NCBI RefSeq assembly: GCF_041662865.1
Contig: NZ_JBAZRL010000005.1
Span: forward strand, 61,351 to 125,350
From: Pedobacter sp.
GTDB lineage: Bacteria; Bacteroidota; Bacteroidia; Sphingobacteriales; Sphingobacteriaceae
DNA length: 64,000 nt
Reading direction: 5' to 3'
Below, in pieces: positions 39,302 to 49,559 of this stretch. The notes below the pieces were generated by a model, which worked only from the letters and a program-made list of their open reading frames with translations, was not told the origin of the DNA and made no database searches. The first letter of the stretch is position 1; the number at the start of each line of letters is the position of its first letter. A program made the translations under genes and the position numbers.

Positions 39302-40489
39302 ATGTATAAAACCCTACAACCTGTATTACAAAAAGAACTTGAAGAAATAGAAAATGCTGGCTTATATAAACGCGAACGCATAATTACCACACCACAAGGT
39401 GCGGATATTAAAGTGAGCACTGGCGCAGAAGTAGTTAATTTTTGTGCAAATAATTATTTAGGTCTTTCTTCTCATCCAACAGTAATTGAAGCTGCTAAAA
39501 AAGCGATTGATGAATATGGATATGGCATGTCGTCGGTTCGTTTTATATGCGGTACCCAAACTATTCACAAGGAATTAGAAGCTAAGATATCCGAATTTTT
39601 AGGTACAGAAGACACGATTTTATACGCAGCAGCTTTTGATGCTAACGGAGGTGTTTTCGAACCTTTGTTTAATGCAGAAGATGCCATTATTTCTGATGAA
39701 TTAAATCACGCTTCTATTATTGATGGTGTTAGACTTTGTAAAGCGCAACGTTTCCGTTATAAAAATGCAGATATGGCAGATTTAGAAGCACAGCTAATTG
39801 CTGCAAAAGATTGTAGACACAGAATTATTGTAACTGATGGCGCTTTTTCTATGGATGGCTCGGTTGCTCCACTAGATAAAATTTGCGATTTAGCAGATAA
39901 ATATGAAGCATTGGTAATGATAGATGAATCACATTGCACTGGGTTTATTGGTAAAACAGGCCGCGGTACACACGAACATTTTGGTGTAATGGATCGTATT
40001 GATATCATTACAGGTACATTAGGTAAAGCATTAGGTGGCGCATCTGGCGGATTTACCTCAGGCAAAAAAGAAATTATTGATATGCTACGTCAGCGTTCAC
40101 GTCCTTATTTATTTTCAAACACATTAGCTCCGGCAATTGCAGGTGCATCTGTGGCTGTTTTAAATATGTTGAGCGATACTACTGCACTACGTGATAAATT
40201 AGAAAATAACACTAAATATTTCCGCGAAAAAATGACAGCTGCAGGTTTTGATATTAAACCAGGTTTCCACCCAATTGTTCCGGTAATGTTGTATGATGCT
40301 AAAATTGCACAAACTTTTGCGGCAAAAATGCTCGAAGAAGGAATTTATGTGGTAGGATTTTTCTATCCAGTTGTTGGACAAGGAAAAGCTAGAATCAGAG
40401 TTCAACTTTCAGCCGCACATGAGCAGCATCATTTAGATAAGGCAATAGCAGCTTTTACAAAAGTAGGCAAGGAATTAGGTGTTATTTAA
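39302..40489 (+). CDS. kbl: Glycine C-acetyltransferase (2-amino-3-ketobutyrate CoA ligase)
   Basis: [35 protein letters not shown] (PLP Lys), RPYLFSN; start at ATG 39302, downstream of TATTTTTG (39245-39252). Confidence 0.95.
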   Translation: MYKTLQPVLQKELEEIENAGLYKRERIITTPQGADIKVSTGAEVVNFCANNYLGLSSHPTVIEAAKKAIDEYGYGMSSVRFICGTQTIHKELEAKISEFLGTEDTILYAAAFDANGGVFEPLFNAEDAIISDELNHASIIDGVRLCKAQRFRYKNADMADLEAQLIAAKDCRHRIIVTDGAFSMDGSVAPLDKICDLADKYEALVMIDESHCTGFIGKTGRGTHEHFGVMDRIDIITGTLGKALGGASGGFTSGKKEIIDMLRQRSRPYLFSNTLAPAIAGASVAVLNMLSDTTALRDKLENNTKYFREKMTAAGFDIKPGFHPIVPVMLYDAKIAQTFAAKMLEEGIYVVGFFYPVVGQGKARIRVQLSAAHEQHHLDKAIAAFTKVGKELGVI

Positions 40490-40514
40490 TATCCCATTTT
40501 AGTTTAAATCATTT

Positions 40515-41447
40515 ATGAAAAGCATCTCAAAAATTGGTGGTGTAGGAGTTTTATTGTTGATGCTTTTCATAGCTTGTGAAAAGGTTGAGCAGCCTTCGTA
40601 TCAAACAAAGGCAGAGGCTCAACTAATTTCAAATTTAGCTTATGGTAATGATCTAAAACAAACCATGGATGTGTATTTGCCGCCAAATCGAACCTCAAAT
40701 ACAAGTGTAATCATTTTTGTACATGGCGGAAGTTTTATTGGCGGTGATAAAAATGATTTTAATAAACACGCCATATATTTAGCAGGTTGCGGTTATGCAG
40801 TATTAAATGTCAATTATCGTTTAGTAGACGGCAGTGGATTAACCGATAGATTAGAGCCATTGCATATAGAAAGTGCAATAAAAATAAAAGATCAAGTTAA
40901 TGACGTTGCAAGTGTTGTAGATTTTGCGATTGCACATGCCAAAGAATGGGTAGTTAGTAATAAACGAATTGCAATTGCGGGTCATAGTGCAGGAGGAACG
41001 TTAGCTTTATTGTATAGTTACGATGCAAGGAATACAGGTAAAGTTCAAGCGGTATCAAATATGGCTGGAGCTTTAGATCTAGTTTTTACTGGAGTTACTA
41101 ATTGGGAGCGATATCCAAGGTATGTTTTTGAAGGTGGCTTCCGTTATACAGGATTTGATATTTCAGTTGCAAATGAGCAATATTACAAAGAGATCAGTCC
41201 GTTATTTACTGCAAATGCAAATAAGAAAATCTCAACATTAAATATTTTTCCGCAGAATAATGAAGTAATCGGATTGCCAAACCAAGATTTTGCAACTTAC
41301 GATAGATTTACTGCAAGATTAGAAGAACTCAGAGTGCCTAATGATTTTTTGTACGTTAGTGGTGCCGATCACAACTTTTCACAAACTGGCAAATGGCAAC
41401 TAGTACTAGACTCAACGGTTGCCTATTTCAATAAAAATATAAAATAA
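40515..41447 (+). CDS. Alpha/beta hydrolase (esterase) lipoprotein
   Basis: HGGSF oxyanion motif, GHSAGG, C-terminal ADH; lipobox FIAC. Confidence 0.85.
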   Translation: MKSISKIGGVGVLLLMLFIACEKVEQPSYQTKAEAQLISNLAYGNDLKQTMDVYLPPNRTSNTSVIIFVHGGSFIGGDKNDFNKHAIYLAGCGYAVLNVNYRLVDGSGLTDRLEPLHIESAIKIKDQVNDVASVVDFAIAHAKEWVVSNKRIAIAGHSAGGTLALLYSYDARNTGKVQAVSNMAGALDLVFTGVTNWERYPRYVFEGGFRYTGFDISVANEQYYKEISPLFTANANKKISTLNIFPQNNEVIGLPNQDFATYDRFTARLEELRVPNDFLYVSGADHNFSQTGKWQLVLDSTVAYFNKNIK

Positions 41448-41564
41448 CTTTAGCAGATTAATTTTCTAGTTCTTAGTTCATTTTCTTGTAATAAATACGT
41501 TTCAAGTTCATTTATAGACTCGTAAGCTGTAAAATATTTCTATAAATTGCTGTATATTTGGCAG

Positions 41565-42605
41565 ATGTTACAAGACCAGATTACACAGTATACGGCAGAA
41601 ATCAATTCATTTGATACTACTAGTGCCGAAGAACTGGAACAATTCCGCATTCGTTTTTTAGGAACCAAAGGTATTATTAAAGATATTTTTGATGAATTTA
41701 AAGCGGTTTCTCCTGAAGAAAAAAGAACATTAGGTAAAGTATTAAATGAGTTTAAGCAATTAGCTGAAGCAAAGTATCAAGCTTTAAGCGAAGTTACTGC
41801 AAACTCAAAACAGAAAACCGAAAGTTCTAAACTAGATATGACTTTACCTGGCGAGGGTTTCGAAGTTGGTGCTCGTCACCCTTTGGCTTTAGTGAGAAGA
41901 GAGATTATAGAAATATTTAATAAACTAGGATTTAGCGTTGCTGAAGGTCCGGAAATCGAAGATGATTGGCATAACTTTTCTGCCTTAAATTTCCCAGAAG
42001 AACATCCAGCGAGAGATATGCAAGATACTTTCTTCATCCAAAAAGGAGGAGAAAAAGGTGATATCGCTTTGCGTACACACACTTCATCTGTACAAGTACG
42101 TATGATGGAAGCAGGTCAGCCGCCATTTAGAGCTTTAATGCCAGGTCGCGTATACCGTAACGAAGCAATTTCTGCAAGAGCGCACTGTTTTTTTCATCAA
42201 GTAGAGGGTTTATATGTAGATGAGAACGTTTCGTTTGCAGATTTGAAACAAACCTTATTTTACTTTGTTCAAGAATTATACGGAGAAGGTACAAAAGTGC
42301 GTTTCCGCCCGTCGTATTTCCCATTTACAGAACCAAGCGCAGAGATGGACATTTCGTGTACAATTTGTAAAGGAGATGGATGCCAAATGTGTAAATATAG
42401 TGGATGGGTAGAAATTTTAGGTTGCGGTATGGTAGATCCTAATGTATTGGAGAACTGTGGAATTGATAGTAAGAAATATAGTGGTTTTGCATTCGGGATG
42501 GGAATTGAACGTATAGCCAACCTAAAATATGTAATTAAGGATTTGCGCTTATTTTCTGAGAATGATGTACGTTTCTTAAAACAGTATAAAACAGCAATTA
42601 TATAA
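41565..42605 (+). CDS. pheS: Phenylalanine-tRNA ligase alpha subunit
   Basis: HPARDMQDTF, LRTHTS, RPSYFPFTEPS, FAFGMGIER; ATG 41565 follows TATATTTG (41553-41560). Confidence 0.98.
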   Translation: MLQDQITQYTAEINSFDTTSAEELEQFRIRFLGTKGIIKDIFDEFKAVSPEEKRTLGKVLNEFKQLAEAKYQALSEVTANSKQKTESSKLDMTLPGEGFEVGARHPLALVRREIIEIFNKLGFSVAEGPEIEDDWHNFSALNFPEEHPARDMQDTFFIQKGGEKGDIALRTHTSSVQVRMMEAGQPPFRALMPGRVYRNEAISARAHCFFHQVEGLYVDENVSFADLKQTLFYFVQELYGEGTKVRFRPSYFPFTEPSAEMDISCTICKGDGCQMCKYSGWVEILGCGMVDPNVLENCGIDSKKYSGFAFGMGIERIANLKYVIKDLRLFSENDVRFLKQYKTAII

Positions 42606-43018
42606 TGAATAGGTTAATCGGTTTATTTTTGATGATTTTACTTAGCACGTCTTGTGCTAAAGAGGAAAATCTAATACCCGATTTACCGGTAAATTTTAGT
42701 GCACCATTAACAGATCCGAGATTAAGCAGATTAAGCACAGCAGGTGGTGCGGTAAGTTTAACAGGATATGGTGTTGCAGGTATTATTATTTATCGCAGGG
42801 CGGACAACGCCTATGTAGCGTACGATCGTTGCAGCACAGTAAACCCTGAAAAGAAAACAGCTGTTATATTAGATGATCCGACATTAACGGCAACAGATCA
42901 AGTATCTGGAGCTAAATATTCTTTGTACGATGGCAGTCCGGTAAAAGCACCAGCAAAAACATCACTAAAACAATACAACGTTACCATTGCAGGTAATACT
43001 ATACAGGTAATTAATTAA
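42605..43018 (+). CDS. Rieske-like-fold lipoprotein lacking cluster ligands
   Basis: Lipobox STSC; GIIIYR..AYDRC...SGAKYSLYDGSP...LKQY resembles the Rieske fold; no His in the protein. Confidence 0.6.
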   Translation: MNRLIGLFLMILLSTSCAKEENLIPDLPVNFSAPLTDPRLSRLSTAGGAVSLTGYGVAGIIIYRRADNAYVAYDRCSTVNPEKKTAVILDDPTLTATDQVSGAKYSLYDGSPVKAPAKTSLKQYNVTIAGNTIQVIN

Positions 43019-43593
43019 TGGAACCAGAAAAAATAAAAGAAAGCATCATTAGAGCTGCTAAGGAGTTGTTCAGGAAATATGGTTACCATAAAACCAGTGT
43101 AAATGAAATTGCCAAAAAAGCACGTATTGCAAAGGCAACTATTTACAAGTATTTCGATAGCAAAGAACAAGTTTTAGATGCTATTTTAATGGATTACCTA
43201 GATGTAAATCTTCACGAAATTTTAAGCAATAAAGTAACGTTTGCAAGTGAAGAAGAACATTTAAAAGCTTTAGTGATGAAGACTTGCCGTTTATCCTATA
43301 CGGTTTGTAATGAGTTTATTGGCTGGGATTTCGTTCGTGAAAATGCCAATTCTCAAGAGTTCTTAAAACACCTTTCAGATCAGTTAGAAGCTCTTTTACT
43401 TTCTGCTTATTTAGAGCTTGATCATTTTAAAAAGAACCCAGCCCGCCGTGGTGGATTGGCTTTCCTCCTAAAAGCCAGCAAAAGCATAGTTTTCTCTTTC
43501 GCTTTCACTTCAGTCAGCGATGCCGATGTACGCAAGAACTTTGTGACTTTCCAAAAAGAGCTTTTACCTTATTTAGTTAAGGCTGCGTTGTAA
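43018..43593 (+). CDS. TetR/AcrR family regulator
   Basis: AAKELF..YGY.KTSVNEIAK.A.IAKATIYKYF.SKE. Confidence 0.93.
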   Translation: MEPEKIKESIIRAAKELFRKYGYHKTSVNEIAKKARIAKATIYKYFDSKEQVLDAILMDYLDVNLHEILSNKVTFASEEEHLKALVMKTCRLSYTVCNEFIGWDFVRENANSQEFLKHLSDQLEALLLSAYLELDHFKKNPARRGGLAFLLKASKSIVFSFAFTSVSDADVRKNFVTFQKELLPYLVKAAL

Positions 43594-44794
43594 GGTTATC
43601 TTGTGAGGTAGTTTTTGATGCTATAAAATCAAGCACACACCCTATGATCAATGTCAAGGCACCTATCTTAAATAAAAGATAATAGGAATCGGTAACCGAA
43701 AATATGTAGGTGAGTACATATGCAGTTAAAGCATGTGTGATTGAAAAGCCAATGGTCATCCAACTCCAAAGTTTCTTTTGTAAATCAGGCGCAACAATTT
43801 CTGTAACTCGACCAGCGGCCAAAGAACTAATCCCCAACGCAAGGCTGCCCACAAAAATACTTGATATAGCCAAGCTCCAGGTTGATGTAGAAAAAATGGG
43901 CATAACTACTCCTATTCCTTTAATAAATAAACTAATTCGAATACTTTTTGAAAACCCAAATTTATCTGCCATTAATCCAGTAATAACAGGTCCTATTGCT
44001 GCTGAGAGCCCGAGTAATATCCAGAAATTTGTTCCGGTCTCAAGGCCCTTATCAAGCCCTCTGCTAATAAAGTCAACCCAAAATACAGTATGAGGGACAA
44101 ATCCTACCGCATTACAGACGTATGAGATTAATAATAAAACTATTGTTTTTGACCATATTGAATGTTTAATGCCCGATTTAAATGAAGGTTGGAACTCTTG
44201 TTTCTCATTACTTCCGTCAGGCCAGCTTGTCCAAAAGAAGATTACTAATAAAAAAGAAATTCCTGCAAAAACAAACCAAGTAGTTTTTAGGCCCTGATGA
44301 ATTAGGAATGGAATTAGCGTGCCTGCAAGGGCGATACCTATACCTACACCCGAGAATATGATGCCACCTAGTAATCCTTTTTTAGTGGTAGTACTATGTT
44401 TAAAAATTGTGGGGGCAGTTAATACCATTATAATCCCTCCAGCTATACCGGTTATTAGTCTTAATATAAAATAGATAAAGAAGTTAAATTGGAAAGCACA
44501 CAGTATAAACATAAGTACAACTGTTAATAAGGAAATGCGAATTAAGGGGATAAATGAGATGTGTTTATTTATCCAGGTAGCAAAAGCAGATCCAATAATA
44601 TAGCCCGTTAAGTTTGAGGCACCTAAATAATCTGCCTGACTTATAGTAAACCATCCTTCCTTAACCAGTGCAGGAATTAATGGAGGGTATCCAAAACGAC
44701 CAATGCCAATTCCGATAAGCAGTGTTGAAAAACCAGTTAAAGCAGGTATTATAATCTTTGAAAATTCAGATTTTGATTGCCATGTTGTTTTCAT
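43577..44794 (-). CDS. YbfB/YjiJ-family MFS transporter
   Basis: GIGRFGYPPLIP, ASN..GY..G, about 12 TM segments. Confidence 0.85.
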   Translation of the reverse strand: MKTTWQSKSEFSKIIIPALTGFSTLLIGIGIGRFGYPPLIPALVKEGWFTISQADYLGASNLTGYIIGSAFATWINKHISFIPLIRISLLTVVLMFILCAFQFNFFIYFILRLITGIAGGIIMVLTAPTIFKHSTTTKKGLLGGIIFSGVGIGIALAGTLIPFLIHQGLKTTWFVFAGISFLLVIFFWTSWPDGSNEKQEFQPSFKSGIKHSIWSKTIVLLLISYVCNAVGFVPHTVFWVDFISRGLDKGLETGTNFWILLGLSAAIGPVITGLMADKFGFSKSIRISLFIKGIGVVMPIFSTSTWSLAISSIFVGSLALGISSLAAGRVTEIVAPDLQKKLWSWMTIGFSITHALTAYVLTYIFSVTDSYYLLFKIGALTLIIGCVLDFIASKTTSQDNLTTQP

Positions 44795-44798
44795 AAGG

Positions 44799-44867
44799 CA
44801 AAAATATCGCTACATTTGCATAGTTAAAAACGATTAATTGTTATAAATATTAATCATTTAAAGTGAT
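44799..44867. promoter_or_regulatory. Divergent MFS/LysR promoters with LysR box
   Basis: TATTTTTG (minus, 44799-44806), TACATTTG (plus, 44811-44818), ATCA-N7-TGAT T-N11-A palindrome at 44853-44867. Confidence 0.7.
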
Positions 44868-44872
44868 GAACT

Positions 44873-45751
44873 ATGCAGATAAATGACTTTGTAATTTTTC
44901 AGGCAGTAGCAGAATATAATAGCTTTACCAAAGCTGCAACTATCACAAACACCGTACAATCTAATGTTACTGCCCGCATTAAATACTTAGAAGAGCAGTT
45001 TAACGCACGTCTTTTTAACCGTACATCAAGGCAAATTGAACTAACTGAAGCTGGGCTTCAATTACTGAAAGCAACTAAAGAAATTCAGGTAATTCTTGAT
45101 CATGCCAGAAAATCAATTGGAGGTAAGCTTACGGCAGTTAAAGGTTTAATAAAGATTGGTTGTATTCACACTACAGCAGCACTTCGTGCTCCTGGAATAT
45201 TGAAGAAATTTACAGAGGAGTACCCACAAATAGAATTTCGCCTAAAAACAGGTACTTCTGCGAGTTTAATTAAAGATGTGATATCATATAAGCTAGATGG
45301 TGCCTTTGTAGCAGGAAATGTAAATCATCATGATTTAATTGTACAGGAGATATTAAGCGAAGAATTGTGTATTGTTACTTCTACTGGCATTACTTCAATA
45401 AATCAATTAAAGAAATCTGTAAAACCACTTAGAATGATTGCTTTTAGTGACGGTTGTTCTTACCGAAAGCTTTTTGAAGATTTATTGAACGAATGGCCTA
45501 CTAAAAAATTTACCATCTTAGAACAAGATACCTTGGAAGGTATAATCAATACAGTAGAAGCTGGTATTGGAATTACGCTACTTCCAATAGCCCTAATTGA
45601 AAAATATTATAGCTACCGAAATTTGAATACAATTTCACTTCCAAAAAAGTTCGCTCAAATGAAGACAGTTTATGTTAAGCGTAAAGATGCTCCTATGAGT
45701 GAGAGCTATTTATTGTTTTATAAAATGATTGAGGAAGGATATAAACTATAA
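44873..45751 (+). CDS. LysR family regulator
   Basis: F..VAEYNSFTKAA....VQSNVT.RIK.LE. Confidence 0.95.
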   Translation: MQINDFVIFQAVAEYNSFTKAATITNTVQSNVTARIKYLEEQFNARLFNRTSRQIELTEAGLQLLKATKEIQVILDHARKSIGGKLTAVKGLIKIGCIHTTAALRAPGILKKFTEEYPQIEFRLKTGTSASLIKDVISYKLDGAFVAGNVNHHDLIVQEILSEELCIVTSTGITSINQLKKSVKPLRMIAFSDGCSYRKLFEDLLNEWPTKKFTILEQDTLEGIINTVEAGIGITLLPIALIEKYYSYRNLNTISLPKKFAQMKTVYVKRKDAPMSESYLLFYKMIEEGYKL

Positions 45752-45826
45752 TCTAACCATACTTTTGGTGCTGCATAATGATGTGTGTGAACAGAATCCT
45801 AACTTTGAATATTGTCTACATAGTTA

Positions 45827-46414
45827 ATGCCATTTATGGAAGCTAAAGAAATCCTAAAAAATCACGTAAGCAAAATAACACAGCTAACTGATGAACAGTT
45901 CGATTATTTTTTCTCGCATTTTAAAAAGCAGAGTTTTAAAAAAGGACAAGCCATCATTAGCGATGGAGATAGGGTAGATTGTGAATACTTTGTGATTTCA
46001 GGTTGCTTAAAATCTTTCTTTATTAATGACGATTTGAAAATGTACATCCTTCAGTTTGCTATGCCTACCTGGTGGGCATCCGATTTCAATGCACTCTATA
46101 ACCATACAAAAGCTACTATAAATTTAGATTGCATTACTGACGCAGAAGTGCTCTGTTTGTCTAATGACGATAGAGAAAAGTTATGTAATGAACTTCATCC
46201 GGTAGAACATTTTTTTAGGTGGAGAACGAATAGAGGATATGTGGCTACCCAAAAAAGGTTACTATCATTAATGAATAATAATGTAAAATATAGGTATGAG
46301 GAACTCTTAAAAATGTACCCAGAACTGTATAATATTGTCCCAAAAAATCTCATAGCGGCTTATTTAGGTGTTTCCAGAGAAACGCTTAGTCGATTATATG
46401 CTCCCGAAAAGTGA
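45827..46414 (+). CDS. Crp/Fnr family regulator
   Basis: cNMP-like beta-roll (YFVISGCLKSF), C-terminal IAAYLGVSRETLSR HTH; -7 TAACTTTG at 45800-45807. Confidence 0.93.
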   Translation: MPFMEAKEILKNHVSKITQLTDEQFDYFFSHFKKQSFKKGQAIISDGDRVDCEYFVISGCLKSFFINDDLKMYILQFAMPTWWASDFNALYNHTKATINLDCITDAEVLCLSNDDREKLCNELHPVEHFFRWRTNRGYVATQKRLLSLMNNNVKYRYEELLKMYPELYNIVPKNLIAAYLGVSRETLSRLYAPEK

Positions 46415-46462
46415 TGTAGGTCACATAAACAATTAGCCACTTCAAATGTGATGTAGGTCACG
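46410..46462 (+). promoter_or_regulatory. Two CRP-type operators
   Basis: AGTGA-TGTAGG-TCACA (46410-46425) and TGTGA-TGTAGG-TCACG (46447-46462). Confidence 0.78.
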
Positions 46463-46515
46463 TTAAAGCCTGAAAAATCCTGCCGTACTTTGTGTTGTAA
46501 TTAAACATAAAGAAA

Positions 46516-47052
46516 ATGAAAAATCAAAAATTTGAAGTGCTAAATGCACAAAGCAAAATTCACTGGGTAGGTAAAAAAGTAACAGGTGCACATGATGGTA
46601 CCATCGACATTAAAGAAGGACAACTTATTTTAAACGATGGTCAATTAAGTGGTGGAAAGTTCATAATTGACACTACATCCATCATCATCCTCGACGTAAC
46701 CGACCCCACAACTAATGCACAATTTGCAGGTCACCTTGCATCTGACGATTTCTTCTCTAGTCAAAAATTTCCAGAAGCCACGCTCGAAATCAACTCGGTT
46801 TCAGGTAAACATATTGAGGGTAACCTAACTATCAAAGGCATTACACACGCTGTTGGTTTTGATGCAGAAATTAACACGAAAGGAGATTTGTTAACAGCAA
46901 CAGGTAAATTAATCATTGACCGTACTAAATATGAAATGAAATTTCGCTCAGGCAATTTCTTTATGGATTTAGGCGATACTTTAATCTACAATGATTTTGA
47001 ACTAAATGTAAGTTTAACCGCTAAAGAGGTTAGTGAAACCATTTTAGCTTAA
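46516..47052 (+). CDS. YceI family protein (no signal peptide)
   Basis: SKIHWVGKKVTGAHDG, HL.SDDFF...KFP.A, GNLTIKGIT, IDRTKY. Confidence 0.92.
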   Translation: MKNQKFEVLNAQSKIHWVGKKVTGAHDGTIDIKEGQLILNDGQLSGGKFIIDTTSIIILDVTDPTTNAQFAGHLASDDFFSSQKFPEATLEINSVSGKHIEGNLTIKGITHAVGFDAEINTKGDLLTATGKLIIDRTKYEMKFRSGNFFMDLGDTLIYNDFELNVSLTAKEVSETILA

Positions 47053-47063
47053 AAATTATAGTC

Positions 47064-47282
47064 ATGCCATATATAAAAATACAAGTAACTCGCGAAGGAG
47101 TTACGAGAGAGCAAAAACAAGCTTTAATTAAAGGCGTAACAGATTTAATGACAACTGTTTTAAATAAAGACCCGCAATTAACGGCTGTAGTCATTCAAGA
47201 AATTGACCTAGATGACTGGGGACAAGGTGGAGAGCAAGTGTCTGTGTTGAGGGAAAAAGGTATTACAGCAGAAAAAAAATAA
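47064..47282 (+). CDS. 4-oxalocrotonate tautomerase family protein
   Basis: N-terminal (M)P catalytic Pro, EQK..LI.GVT, VVIQE..LDDWG.GG. Confidence 0.9.
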   Translation: MPYIKIQVTREGVTREQKQALIKGVTDLMTTVLNKDPQLTAVVIQEIDLDDWGQGGEQVSVLREKGITAEKK

Positions 47283-47286
47283 GACG

Positions 47287-48021
47287 ATGAAAAAGCAAAC
47301 TATAATTGTTACGGGTGCCTCATCAGGCATTGGTAAAGAAATAGCTCGTCACTTTTTGTCCAAAGGTGATCATGTAGTTATCAATTCAGCCACTGCTGAA
47401 AAATTAGAAGATGTTTATCAAGAATTAGGCGGAGGAGAAAATTTGGCAATGGTTGCTGGTGATGTTAGTGATAAAAAAACTGGGGAACAGCTTTTGAGTA
47501 CTGCTATTGCAAAATTTGGCTCAGTAGATGTATTAGTGAATAATGCTGGTATTTTCGAAACCAAGGCATTTCTGGAAGTAGATGAGGCTTATCTAGACAA
47601 ATTTTTAGACACGAACCTGAAAGGTACATTTTTTACTAGTCAAGCTATAATTCCACAAATGATTAAACAACAAGGTGGGGTAATCATAAATATTGGTACG
47701 CCTTTAGTAAACCATGCATTAGGAGGCGCAAACATTACGGCGCAAATGGCTTCAAAAGGAGCAGTTCATGCACTCACGATACAATTAGCAGCAGAATTTG
47801 GAAAAAATAATATAAGGGTTAATACAATTGCACCTGGTACAATCCGTACACCTATGCATGGTAATACTGTTGATGAAAGTGCAGGACTACACTTGTTGAA
47901 CCGTGTAGGTGAAGTACAAGATATTGCAGAAATGGTTTATACGGTAGCCAAAAGTAATTTTATTAGTGGTGCTACCATCAATGTGGATGGAGGTATGGGA
48001 GCCGGACATCACTTAAACTAA
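47287..48021 (+). CDS. SDR oxidoreductase with atypical active site
   Basis: TGASSGIG, NNAG, IRVNTIAPG, VDGG; QMASK in place of YxxxK. Confidence 0.88.
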   Translation: MKKQTIIVTGASSGIGKEIARHFLSKGDHVVINSATAEKLEDVYQELGGGENLAMVAGDVSDKKTGEQLLSTAIAKFGSVDVLVNNAGIFETKAFLEVDEAYLDKFLDTNLKGTFFTSQAIIPQMIKQQGGVIINIGTPLVNHALGGANITAQMASKGAVHALTIQLAAEFGKNNIRVNTIAPGTIRTPMHGNTVDESAGLHLLNRVGEVQDIAEMVYTVAKSNFISGATINVDGGMGAGHHLN

Positions 48022-48022
48022 T

Positions 48023-48475
48023 GTGAAAACGCTTTTATTAACTGCAATTCTATTTTGGGCAACGCTGTTATCAAAAGCACAAAATTTAAAGAAAATGGAA
48101 AATAATCAGCAAGATTTATTAGCAATAACAGAGCTGCTAGAAAAATATTACCTCAAAGGAATTTATGAAGGTGATGTAAACAAATTAAAAGAGATTTTAT
48201 ATCCCGGCAGTTTATTATTTGGCGATGTAAAGGGAGAACCTTATGCTAAAACACTCGATCAGTATCTTTATGGAGTACAACAACGCCAAAGCCCAAAAGA
48301 TTCGGGCAAATTGTTTAAAGGAACAATTATATCAATTGACATAGTTAACTCTATTGCCATAGCGAGGGTTAAAGTTAAAATGTATGATTTTAATTATACC
48401 GACTTGCTATCTTTTCATAAATTGGATAATCGTTGGTTCATTGTAAATAAGATGTTTACAGATATTGCCGACTAA
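48023..48475 (+). CDS. NTF2-like (lumazine-binding-like) protein
   Basis: YLKGIYEGD..L...L.P, AIARVKV....YTD.L......W.IVNK; GTG start gives a signal-like N-terminus. Confidence 0.8.
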   Translation: MKTLLLTAILFWATLLSKAQNLKKMENNQQDLLAITELLEKYYLKGIYEGDVNKLKEILYPGSLLFGDVKGEPYAKTLDQYLYGVQQRQSPKDSGKLFKGTIISIDIVNSIAIARVKVKMYDFNYTDLLSFHKLDNRWFIVNKMFTDIAD

Positions 48476-48486
48476 ATTTTAAAATT

Positions 48487-49557
48487 ATGTGGTATCAAAC
48501 AAAAGCATCAGAAATATTAGGTATTCAATATCCTATTTTGCAAGGCCCATTTGGTGGTAATCTTTCATCTGTTGAACTTGTGTCAATAGTATCTAATGCG
48601 GGTGGTCTAGGCGGCTACGGAGCATATACCTTAAGTCCAGAAGAGATTATTCAAGTTGATGAGCAAATCAAAGCGTCAACAAATAAACCCTATAATATCA
48701 ATTTATGGGTGTCTGATACAGACACGGTAGATGGTACAGTATCAGATGAACAATTTAAAAAAGCAGAAGGCCTTTTCAAGCCTTATTTTGATGAACTGGG
48801 AATTGCTTTGCCAGAAAAGCCAGCACCATTTAAAAGTCGATTTGAGAATCAAGTAGAAGTACTCCTTGATCTAAAACCTCCAGTATTGAGCTTTATGTTT
48901 GGTGTGCCATCCACAGATATCTTAGAAGAATGCCGTAAGCAAGGCATAGTTAGTATTGGAGCCGCAACCACATTAGATGAAGCTATTGCATTAGAGGCAG
49001 CGGGCGTTGACCTAATTATTGCATCAGGTTTTGAGGCGGGAGGGCATCGCCCTTCTTTTCTCAGATCGGCAGAATCATCTACTACAGGAACATTTGTATT
49101 GTTACAATTGATTAAAGAAAAGGTGAAAACTCCAATTATAGCAGCCGGTGGAATTGCAAATGGCAAGGGTGTAGCGGCAGCAATGATGCTTGGTGCTGAT
49201 GCTGCTCAGATTGGTACAGCATTCTTAGCTACAGATGAATCTAATGCCACTGCTAAACATAAAGAAATGCTGTTTTCTGACGCTGCAAAATACACTACAT
49301 TGTCAAGGGCATTTACAGGAAGATTAGGCAGAGGAATAATCAGTAGAATTGCGAAAGACCTAATTCATCAGGAAAAAGTTTTTCTGCCATTTCCATTACA
49401 AACACAATATATGTCGCATTTAAGAAAAGCAGCCATTGAACAAGAAAAATGGGATATGATTTTATTTTGGGGCGGACAAATTGCTCCATTACTAAAACAC
49501 AAAAAAGCTGGTGACTTAATGAAATCTATACTCGAAGAAACGACAAGTTATTTTTAG
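48487..49557 (+). CDS. Nitronate monooxygenase family flavoprotein
   Basis: YPILQGP, VSNAGGLG, EAGGHR, IAAGGIA.G, AQIGTAFL, FTGR..RG. Confidence 0.9.
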   Translation: MWYQTKASEILGIQYPILQGPFGGNLSSVELVSIVSNAGGLGGYGAYTLSPEEIIQVDEQIKASTNKPYNINLWVSDTDTVDGTVSDEQFKKAEGLFKPYFDELGIALPEKPAPFKSRFENQVEVLLDLKPPVLSFMFGVPSTDILEECRKQGIVSIGAATTLDEAIALEAAGVDLIIASGFEAGGHRPSFLRSAESSTTGTFVLLQLIKEKVKTPIIAAGGIANGKGVAAAMMLGADAAQIGTAFLATDESNATAKHKEMLFSDAAKYTTLSRAFTGRLGRGIISRIAKDLIHQEKVFLPFPLQTQYMSHLRKAAIEQEKWDMILFWGGQIAPLLKHKKAGDLMKSILEETTSYF

Positions 49558-49559
49558 AA

